Source: a virus (taxonomy: Duplodnaviria > Caudoviricetes). Taken from it: DNA of 30,510 nt. Below the pieces are notes generated by a model. The model worked only from the letters and a program-made list of their open reading frames with translations. It was not told where the DNA came from and did no database searches. The translations under genes and the position numbers were made by a program. The first letter of the stretch is position 1; each line of letters starts with the position of its first letter. The stretch is from IMG/VR virus record IMGVR_UViG_3300020457_000052, positions 1-30,510 of that record; one strand, given 5' to 3'. Below are positions 7,934-16,600 of this stretch, in pieces.

Positions 7934-10138
7934 TTAAACTCTACCGACCACTTCTTCAAAGTTAACACCAGTTCTGGTGGCAACAAATGTTAGAGTTACG
8001 TAGTTGATTGACTTCGCTGGTTTCAGGAAGATATCTGCCCTGAACTCATTATTATCGATAACATCAGGAGTATTGTTTGTTGTATCACAAACAACTAGGA
8101 ATCCGAAGAGACCTCTCTTTGCCTGAACATCACGTAGGAATGGTTCAACGATATTACGGAAGTTTGCCCGTGTTAATTCATCGTTGAGTTCAAAGAGTTG
8201 TGCTTCTGCTGCTCTTTGTAACGCTTGCTCAATTGTTAGGAACAATCTACGAACGTTGATTCTGTCAAATGCAGATGCAAAACCAAGACCTGTCTTATCT
8301 CCGAAGAGTAAAGTTCCAATTCCAGGTTGAGTTATGATTGAGTTAATCCTTGCAGGATATAACTTATCTCTCTGTGCCTTAGATGGATTGTATGCAAGTT
8401 TAATTGCATTATTCAAGATTCCTCTTTGCTGTCCAGCAGGAGAGAACCAAGGATATGAGTTCAATGCTGTGCGAGCCATTAGACCTGCTACGTCAGCATT
8501 GGTTGGAACATAACGGAATTTATTATTAAATCTATCATAGGTGTACTTATATCCACTATCAAATACGCAGTATGATGATGAGGATAATGTACTAAAGAAA
8601 CTAATCAAGTTTGATGTTTGGGTATCACTGTTTGATACTCCAATGATGTTTGATCTGTGAGGACCAACTGTTGCCATGCAATCTTGTCTTGCATTTGCAA
8701 GAGATATTACATAATTTGCTTTTGCTTGAGAATCAAATTCTTCCGTACAACCAGGACCACCAATGATGAAGTCTACTTCAATTTCATCTTTATTAGAGAA
8801 CTTGTCATATCCAGTAATTAAATCGGATAGTTCTGCCTTCATTCCAGTGCCAACACCAGTAGTTCCTGAATAATCAGTTCCATTGATTAGTGTATATGTT
8901 GTAGCACCTGTAGCACTGTATGTTATACCCTGTGCGTTCTGACCCCAAAGACCGTCTGCTAGGGAAATTGGTGCATATGATGCAGCAGTACCATCAGACT
9001 TAGTGAATCCAGTTGCTGCAGGATTTGTTCCGTGGAAAGAATCTGCTGCACTTGATGGATTACCACCAGCGTAAACATTTTCTGAGAAATCTGCAATGAA
9101 CTGTTCGTACCAAATCTTCTGAGGAGAATTGACTGCAGAAACTGCATCAAGTGCCTTAGAAAGATTTAAGTGCTTCTCAATAATATTACCCTGTATACCT
9201 GTAATTGTTCCATCATCATCAACAACTGCAATATGGATACCGTCTCCTTTAGCTTGTCTATCAAGTGCATACTTATTAGTAGTAGGTCTTGGAGCAAGTG
9301 ACTTCCAGAAAGTATTTCCGTTAGTTAAACCAAGTGTTTGCTGGTCATACCAGTCAACAGCAGTACTAATTGTATGAGATGCACCAACTTTTGCACCACT
9401 ACTATTCAAGAATGTAACTGAATCAGCAGCACTAAATGATGCATATCCTGCACCTTCTTCATAATCAATCTTTGTTTCTACTCCCGCAGTTGTAACTCTT
9501 GATACAACTTTAACATCTGCTACGTTAGTTGCTGTATTGATACCAGTAACTATACCTTTAATGTATCCAGAGAATAGTGAAGTTGTCCCTGCACCAGGTA
9601 TAACTAAATCTGATTTACTAACAGAAACACCGTTTCCAACCACTGCAGAATCAGGAACTTCTGTAAGTGAAAGTGTTTGATCTGCAAAGTCGTCAATAAC
9701 ACAAACTTTTAAACCATTTGCCCATGTACCTGGATTTTTAGCAGCATAAGTAAAGTTTGATGCTTCACTATGATCTGCAATATAATCATCGTAATTATCA
9801 ATTCTACCTGCACCTGTCATGGTAGCAGAACCAACACCAACACCAGCGTTAGCATTACTTAGTGTTGTACCACCTACCCTTACTACTTTAAGTACGCCAC
9901 CATATGAAAGGTATGATGATGCACTCATCCAATAAGAATATTGATTATCGGTGGACTTTGGTTTACCGAATACGTTTATAAGATCTTGCTCTGTAGCAAT
10001 ATCTGTTGCCTCGTTAACAGGACCAATTGGAAACGGTCCTGCAATAGCACCGATATTATCCAATACATTATCAGCTCTTCCTACTGTTAAGTCAACCTCC
10101 CTTACCAGTACCCCAGGAGATAATTGAGGAGTCGCCAT
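7934..10138 (-). CDS. g18: Contractile tail sheath protein gp18
   Basis: LSPGVLVREVDLT, PWFSPAG, SAFDRINVRRLFL, LFELNDELTR, KPAKSINYVTLTFVATRTGVNFEEV. Confidence 0.98.
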   Translation of the reverse strand: MATPQLSPGVLVREVDLTVGRADNVLDNIGAIAGPFPIGPVNEATDIATEQDLINVFGKPKSTDNQYSYWMSASSYLSYGGVLKVVRVGGTTLSNANAGVGVGSATMTGAGRIDNYDDYIADHSEASNFTYAAKNPGTWANGLKVCVIDDFADQTLSLTEVPDSAVVGNGVSVSKSDLVIPGAGTTSLFSGYIKGIVTGINTATNVADVKVVSRVTTAGVETKIDYEEGAGYASFSAADSVTFLNSSGAKVGASHTISTAVDWYDQQTLGLTNGNTFWKSLAPRPTTNKYALDRQAKGDGIHIAVVDDDGTITGIQGNIIEKHLNLSKALDAVSAVNSPQKIWYEQFIADFSENVYAGGNPSSAADSFHGTNPAATGFTKSDGTAASYAPISLADGLWGQNAQGITYSATGATTYTLINGTDYSGTTGVGTGMKAELSDLITGYDKFSNKDEIEVDFIIGGPGCTEEFDSQAKANYVISLANARQDCMATVGPHRSNIIGVSNSDTQTSNLISFFSTLSSSSYCVFDSGYKYTYDRFNNKFRYVPTNADVAGLMARTALNSYPWFSPAGQQRGILNNAIKLAYNPSKAQRDKLYPARINSIITQPGIGTLLFGDKTGLGFASAFDRINVRRLFLTIEQALQRAAEAQLFELNDELTRANFRNIVEPFLRDVQAKRGLFGFLVVCDTTNNTPDVIDNNEFRADIFLKPAKSINYVTLTFVATRTGVNFEEVVGRV

Positions 10139-10174
10139 GTTTTCTTTCTCCGAATCTCAGATTTAATCTGAAAT

Positions 10175-10182
10175 TATTTATT
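10175..10182 (-). promoter_or_regulatory. Late promoter AATAAATA upstream of g18
   Basis: NATAAATA in the g17-g18 gap. Confidence 0.65.
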
Positions 10183-10231
10183 AAATGCTAACTTTACAAT
10201 AGCAAAAAATGCTATGAACAATGCGTGAACA

Positions 10232-11884
10232 TCATGAAAGGTAATCCCACATATATGATCTGTCTCCATATTCATCTGCTGCAAACCATTTATCTCCATC
10301 TTTATCAACTACAGTATTGGAATCTAATCCATCATCCATAAAACCAAATGGAGCCATGTCTTGTTCTATTGCATTTCTTTGTTCATCATATAATTTTTTT
10401 CTCACATCTTGATCAGTTAATTCCTTAAAGTAATCACACTGAACTAACCACGCATATATTACCAAACACATTGCAAGGTCATCATTACAACCTTCCTCTG
10501 CCATGAAAGAATTACTTTTAGAAATAAAGGTAGTTAACTCACTCATAATATCATAATCACAAGAAAGTAATTTATCTTCTTCGATTAATGTTTTTAAATT
10601 AAGAGCACCAACCTTTTTGACAGTCTTGGACATCTTAACTCCTAACTGAGTTTTCTTACCAGAGAATCCTTGACCTACAACTTGTCCTGCTCTACCCCTC
10701 ATGGAACACATAAGAAGGTTTTTATACTCTAAATCATAATTTAATATAGATGCTACTTGATCACCTATATCATTTACTTCACATAAAATAAATGCATCAT
10801 TATAATTTTTTCCTACCGATTCAACAATATTTGGAAAAAGCATAGGTTTAATTTCATTATTCCTATACTTTGCTACTACACAATGTGGAAACTCAGTTAT
10901 ATCAATTACTACAAATGCAGAAAAATCCTTTCCAACTCCTCGTGCAACGTCAACCGTTATAACATAATCATGGTCTTTCTGTGGGTCAACATATACATCT
11001 AATCCAGCACTTCTTTTTTCAGGAGTTTGATATACCATACTCCTTAATTTACTTGGAGCAATAAGAGTATCAACTGATCCTAAGAACTCGCATTCAAACT
11101 CAACTCTAAATTGTTGATCTGACGTGTTAGCAATAGTTTGCTCTTTCCATACCTCATCTCTACCTGGAACTTCTGACCAATGAACATCAGTTGGGACATA
11201 TTCATTTTTACTTCTTTCTGCATCGTGCCACATACGGTAGAAATGATTCATACCATGTGGTGTAGAAACTATAATTACTTTTGTATTTTTACCAGAAGTA
11301 ATAGTAGGGTAAACACTAGCAAAGAAAGAATCAGCGATGTGATTGGGAACAAAAGCAAATTCATCCAAGAATAGGATATTGAAAGACATACCCCTAACAG
11401 CACTAGCAGAAGTAGACGCAGCCAAGATTTTACTACCATTTTCTAACTCCAATGAACCTCTATTCCATGCCAAAACACCTTGCTGCATCCACTTAGGAAC
11501 ATTTTCATAAGCAGTTTGTAGTCTGCCTAATAATTCCCTTGCAGTTGCTGCTTTGTTAGCAAGAATACCAATATTTACACTATCATTAAAAAGAAGATAA
11601 TGTAAAAGGTATGATATAACAGTTGTAGACTTACCTGTCTGACGAGGCATCTTACAAATGTTAAATCTATTATCGTGAAAATTGTTAATTAACTTCTGCT
11701 GAAAATCATATGGTTCAAATGGCATCAAACCAGAATCCAATGTCACAATTTTGACATGCTTCTGTGCAAAATACACAGGATCATTTTTACACGCCATAAA
11801 TTCAAGAATTTGATCTTGAGTAAATTCAATTTTGGTATTTGCCCGTTTTAGATTCGGGTTACCTAGATAAATGTTTTCGGTCAT
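10232..11884 (-). CDS. g17: Terminase large subunit gp17
   Basis: YLGNPNLK, Walker A MPRQTGKST, Walker B ILFLDEFAF, motif III VSTPHG, nuclease DVARG and DDLAM. Confidence 0.98.
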   Translation of the reverse strand: MTENIYLGNPNLKRANTKIEFTQDQILEFMACKNDPVYFAQKHVKIVTLDSGLMPFEPYDFQQKLINNFHDNRFNICKMPRQTGKSTTVISYLLHYLLFNDSVNIGILANKAATARELLGRLQTAYENVPKWMQQGVLAWNRGSLELENGSKILAASTSASAVRGMSFNILFLDEFAFVPNHIADSFFASVYPTITSGKNTKVIIVSTPHGMNHFYRMWHDAERSKNEYVPTDVHWSEVPGRDEVWKEQTIANTSDQQFRVEFECEFLGSVDTLIAPSKLRSMVYQTPEKRSAGLDVYVDPQKDHDYVITVDVARGVGKDFSAFVVIDITEFPHCVVAKYRNNEIKPMLFPNIVESVGKNYNDAFILCEVNDIGDQVASILNYDLEYKNLLMCSMRGRAGQVVGQGFSGKKTQLGVKMSKTVKKVGALNLKTLIEEDKLLSCDYDIMSELTTFISKSNSFMAEEGCNDDLAMCLVIYAWLVQCDYFKELTDQDVRKKLYDEQRNAIEQDMAPFGFMDDGLDSNTVVDKDGDKWFAADEYGDRSYMWDYLS

Positions 11885-11893
11885 AATAAACTC

Positions 11894-12040
11894 TTACATC
11901 ATTTCATAGTGTCCAAATTTTTGATCGTGTTCTATAGTTCTCCTTTGCAATTCTAGTATTCTTTCTAAATTTTGTATTTTCTTTTCTAACTCTTCAGTTT
12001 TATTTTCCTCCCGTCTGGAGGAGTGGTTCTCCTGGGTCAT
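11894..12040 (-). CDS. Small coiled-coil hypothetical protein (48 aa), below the ORF-track cutoff
   Basis: Hand translation MTQENHSSRREENKTEELEKKIQNLERILELQRRTIEHDQKFGHYEMM*; fills the gap and ends 9 nt before the g17 ATG. Confidence 0.6.
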   Translation of the reverse strand: MTQENHSSRREENKTEELEKKIQNLERILELQRRTIEHDQKFGHYEMM

Positions 12041-12620
12041 ATTCTGATACCTGGTAGTTCCAGAGTTTAGCATTAGGATACACTTTTCTCACTTGATCCT
12101 GTACTTCTCTGCGTGAAGGGATTTTGATTTGGGGGAAGAACATTTGTAACATGTAGTTCTTTCCTCTCCATGCCAAATAAACGTGAATTATCTTACCTGT
12201 CTTTCTTGCCACATAAGTTGTTTTTTCTGGTATTGTATATTGAATATTATTTTTAGGAGATACAAGAGGTTCTGGTTTTACTATATCAACTATCGTGGTG
12301 CTGCTACCATCGATATGTTCTATTTTAACATTCTCTAAAAACTGAGTAAATGTTTTAGATTCACCTATTCCACCACCGCCATTCGCACCACCATTACCAC
12401 CGTTACCGCCATTAGAATGACCGTTACTACTTCCATTACCGTTGGTACTCCCGTTAGTTTTGCCGTTACCATTGCCGTTTCCGTTACCGTTCTTTTTTTT
12501 ACCGTTCTCTTCAGGATCGGATTTTAAGTAACCACCACGACCAACAAAATACCCACGAGGAATCTTCTTACACTTTTTATCAGTGTTACAGTAATATTGT
12601 CCATCTGGGCATTTTTTCAT
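12000..12620 (-). CDS. Hypothetical modular protein: Cys motif, Asn-Gly linker, capsid-targeting-like motif, basic C-terminal domain
   Basis: Likely start is ATG 12620 (MKKCPDGQYYC...C) rather than TTG 12632; late promoter 23 nt upstream. Confidence 0.75.
   Translation of the reverse strand: MKKCPDGQYYCNTDKKCKKIPRGYFVGRGGYLKSDPEENGKKKNGNGNGNGNGKTNGSTNGNGSSNGHSNGGNGGNGGANGGGGIGESKTFTQFLENVKIEHIDGSSTTIVDIVKPEPLVSPKNNIQYTIPEKTTYVARKTGKIIHVYLAWRGKNYMLQMFFPQIKIPSRREVQDQVRKVYPNAKLWNYQVSEYDPGEPLLQTGGK
12368..12508 (-). repeat. Asn-Gly low-complexity repeat (AAC/AAT-GGN hexamers)
   Basis: NGKKKNGNGNGNGNGKTNGSTNGNGSSNGHSNGGNGGNGGANGGGG; repeated ccgtt on the + strand. Confidence 0.8.
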
Positions 12621-12643
12621 CAAAAGTATCAATACCTACGTTA

Positions 12644-12651
12644 TATTTATG
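12644..12651 (-). promoter_or_regulatory. Late promoter CATAAATA overlapping the stop of the 112-aa ORF
   Basis: NATAAATA; its TAA is the stop at 12647-12649. Confidence 0.6.
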
Positions 12652-12985
12652 GTTTAGAAAACTTTGTAAGGTTATTTCGTATCATATCTAGAGTTTTCTT
12701 ATCCATTATATTTACAAACCTTTTAGATGCATCAACCATAGCATCAATTGATGGACCATCTCCCTTATTATTATCGAGGGTAACTTTCATCACTGGATAT
12801 ACATTAGAAAATCTCCATTTATTTAATCCTACTTCTGCAGGAGTTTGATAGTCTTGAGATAGATCATCTTCATTAGGAGGGAATAATCTTTTATCAAAAC
12901 CTGCTACAGGACCAGCAGCGTTATCTGCATTGGTAAACCCTGTAGTCATTTGTGCTTCTTGAAGAAATTGATTAAAAGTCTTCAT
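12647..12985 (-). CDS. Hypothetical protein, candidate internal head protein
   Basis: Starts MKTFNQFLQEA, resembling the T4 internal-protein capsid-targeting sequence; ATGA overlap with the upstream ORF. Confidence 0.7.
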   Translation of the reverse strand: MKTFNQFLQEAQMTTGFTNADNAAGPVAGFDKRLFPPNEDDLSQDYQTPAEVGLNKWRFSNVYPVMKVTLDNNKGDGPSIDAMVDASKRFVNIMDKKTLDMIRNNLTKFSKP

Positions 12986-13353
12986 GTCTCTAAAGCAGTA
13001 AAGATGACTTTAAATGTTGTTGTATTTGAAGATGCAGGGAAACCTAAAAGTCTTAAGTTTCCAGAGTTGATATCTACAGAAAATGTTGCTATTCCTACAG
13101 GTTCGTTTATTGTTCCAAACTCTGATAGATATGCATTAGTGTTATCATGCACTACATTAATTGTTGTTTTATTAAAATTATTTCCTTCAACTGCTTGGAT
13201 TTGATAATTTACTGATCTAAATTTTGAAGATTCTACAGATACTAAAGTTGATATACCAGTCGATGTGGTAGTAAGTATACCCGATTGAATCACCCCTGCA
13301 CTAGTGTCTAGTGATTGAAATATTGGTGGTTTAACTCCGACGATATATGGCAT
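12982..13353 (-). CDS. Small beta-sandwich-like virion or fibre-associated protein
   Basis: 123 aa; FRSVNYQIQ..VVHD..YLSEFG..IATFSVDINSGNLRLL, a module I recall from C-termini of cyanophage fibre proteins. Confidence 0.65.
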   Translation of the reverse strand: MPYIVGVKPPIFQSLDTSAGVIQSGILTTTSTGISTLVSVESSKFRSVNYQIQAVEGNNFNKTTINVVHDNTNAYLSEFGTINEPVGIATFSVDINSGNLRLLGFPASSNTTTFKVIFTALET

Positions 13354-13357
13354 GATA

Positions 13358-13690
13358 TTAATTAGCGGTTTCTAAAAGACTGAGTATTATCTTAAGAGTG
13401 CTATTTGCACTCGCTTCAATAGTCACAGAATCATTTGTTTCTAAAACTAATTTACCACTCATAGGAACAAATGCATCATTAGTAGGAACATTAGCACCTT
13501 TAATAATTTCTGTTTCAGTGCTAGATCTTTTATGCTTCATGGTAACTGTTGAATTACTATCACCATAATTTGTAATATGAGCATATAGCACAATAGCGGT
13601 ATAACCAGTAGGAGCAGTATAAATCGTCTCCTGACTAGTTGTAACTTCGTGTGTAACCGTTTGAAATCTATTAAGTGCTAACTGAGCCAT
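13358..13690 (-). CDS. Small beta-rich structural protein, probable partner or tip of the upstream fibre
   Basis: 110 aa; IYTAPTGYTAIVL...GKLVLETNDS...IILSLLETAN; starts 1 nt after the fibre stop. Confidence 0.65.
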   Translation of the reverse strand: MAQLALNRFQTVTHEVTTSQETIYTAPTGYTAIVLYAHITNYGDSNSTVTMKHKRSSTETEIIKGANVPTNDAFVPMSGKLVLETNDSVTIEASANSTLKIILSLLETAN

Positions 13691-13691
13691 A

Positions 13692-16600
13692 TTAACTTAA
13701 TGCTAGGATAAATGGAGTCATCTCAGAGAATAAACTCTTACTAAAAGATCGACCACTGATAGTACCAGTTTCTTGGTTGATTTGCAAATCATCTCCAATT
13801 CTAAAGTTACCTGCTTGATCCGTACTAGTATAAAGAACCTTTCCACCATCTAAAGTGACGACTTCATTTTCTTGATTAGTAACACCACCTCGTTTAGGTG
13901 TAGCAGTTACAATTTGATTACCAGAACCAACATACTCAAAGGTATGAGAACTTGCAACAATTCTACTACCTTGTGAGAAGAATGTTGTTGAACCAACTCC
14001 CACGCTATTCAGCAAATTAGTTGCCAAACTTAATGTAGTAATTCCAGCAGTAACTGGCGTGGAACTATTTATCGTATAATAAAGATCCTCCATATTAGCA
14101 GTGCCAGTCGCTGTATTACTACCCACTTCTGGTGCTGAAATCGTGATAGATGGAGTGGTTTCATATTGCGATCCACTACTAATAATAGTAATAGATGCAA
14201 CACTATCTCCTTCTAAAGTAGCAAATGCAGTCGCAGTTTCTCCGTTTGGTCCTGATGGTGCATCTATCGTTATACTTGGTGTTGCTGTATAACCAGTTCC
14301 TCCTGACCCCACAGAGATAGTATTGACTGATTTATACAACCTATCAAAGAATACTAATTGACCATCGTAAGGACGGTCTACATCAATTTTTGCAGTTCCT
14401 CCTGAAACATAAGTATGAACTAGAGTTGATACACCAACATTTACAACAAAAGATGTGGTTGAAGGAATTGAATCTACATCAAAAACAAATGGTCTTTTCT
14501 CTGGATATGTTTTTTGACCAAATGGACAAGACAGTAGAATACTAGAAAGAGTAACTCCCATACCTACTTGAAATTTATGAGCAGAACTTGTAGTTACTGT
14601 TGCTATGCCAGAAATATTATCATACACAAAATTACTTATATTTAAAGTTGGTGTGCTTACATTTACCGTCACCTCTGCTGTAGAAACTTCAGCAGTTGTA
14701 GTAACAACACCTGTATATTGTAAATCACTTACACCTCTGGATACTAATCCAAATGTACCAAAACTACAGTTACTATTAGCAATATCTGCTTGACCGCCTT
14801 TATCACATGTAACTGCTTCGTTAGTACAAATAGTAAACAATGAAACCAATTGAGCGAATCCACTGTTAGTAATTGCAACACCCACACCACCTTGATTGTA
14901 TTGTGTGTATGAGTCTACATTCATGGATGCCAATAATCTTGCTTGGTCTCCATCAACATATAAACCTGTTCCTGTTGTAGTATCACTTGTACAGTTTTGG
15001 ATATATGGACCTTTCCATTTACCACCACCAACGTTTTCTGCTACTTCATTAGTTGGAAAAGCAACCGCAGATGAAGGTGATAAATGACCTGTAAAAGTCA
15101 TATTTGCCAATTTACTTGCTTTTCTTACATGAAATATATTACTGGTAGCATTAGTAGGAGTTACAGTAACTGTTCTTTGATCATCACCCACAATAGAAAC
15201 AAAAGCAGGAACTTCTATTGGATTTACTTCTTGATATCTACCAGAAAGAACCTTGATTGTTGTGCCTGATTGTGCAATTCCTACAGCAGCTTTAATTGAT
15301 AAAAATGCATTATCAATGGATGTACCATTATTATCATCATCACCATCTTTAGCAACATATAAAACATTAGGTGCAGAGTTAATACCAGATGCTATTGAAT
15401 CAATTTGTACATTTTCACCAATATTAACTGTCGCATTTGTAATAGTAACAATACCAACACTAACTGTTTCTGCATTACCGTCAATAGTAACGGATGATCT
15501 ACCAACAGTAAGTACACCAACAATCCTTGCATCACCGTCCACATATAGGGCGGTATTCCCTAATCCAACATGTACGGTTCCTATCCCATTGGCAGAACCA
15601 AGTGTGGTTAACCCTACAACTGATAGGTTTTGACCGACCCTTACATCCTGACGGGCGGTTATTACACCAATAGAATCTACATTCTTTACATCTTCATAGG
15701 TAAGAGTTCCACCAACAGATACGTTACCAGTAAATTCTGCATCTCCAGATACAAATAATCTTTTTCCTGCAACTGCATCTGCCCCTACACCAATATTAGA
15801 TGTGGTATTAATACCAACAGAATCAGATTGCCAAAGTCCAGCAGCACCACCACCTCCTGCAGCACTACTTAGAATCCACTTTCTATTTTTACGAACATAT
15901 GCTTGACCATCATATGGAGCATCTTCTATACCACCTCCACCAAATGATGCTAATTGTTGCTGAACTCTATTTACAAATAATCTATAGTTCTCTTGAAGTT
16001 TTTCAAAGGTTACAAACTTTTGATCTAGTGGTGTTAATGGGTCAGAATTATCTTCGTCGGGAGGAATATTTAAAAGACCTTCAGAGATAACTTCCTTTTC
16101 AAATCTATCCTCAAGTTGTTCAATTTTACTTTGAAGACTTTTATTTTTCTTATCAAATGAAGAATATAAATTTTTCGCTTCTGATATATACTGTTCTTGA
16201 TCAGGAATTCTTATTGAAGTATATTTTTTATAAAGACCTCTAATTTCTTTGTTTATATCCTTAATTTCTTCGTCATAATATTTTACTTCAGGAACTTTAG
16301 GAATAGATTCTTCAACAGAAGATATCTTATCTTTTAATTTACTTATATCTTCATCATAATATTTTACTTCAGGAACTTCTGGTATTTGAGGTATTTCTGA
16401 ACGAACCTCTTTAACAGATTCTAATATCTCTTTAATCTGTTTGTCGTAATATTTAACCTTTGGTAATTTAGATATAGATGTTTCAATTAACTTTATATCA
16501 TTTTCAATATCAGAAATTTGATTATCATAATACTTAATTTCTGGTATTACTGGTATCTCTTCACGAACTTCTTCAATAGAATCTATTATTAAATTAAGTT

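Noticed and set aside
10232-11884. Possible intein or intron in the terminase (also considered for g20 and g23)
   Set aside because: Lengths are normal, motifs are contiguous and no splicing motifs are present.
12368-12508. Short tandem repeats as CRISPR-like array or contingency locus
   Set aside because: In-frame degenerate Asn-Gly codon repeats with no repeat-spacer structure.
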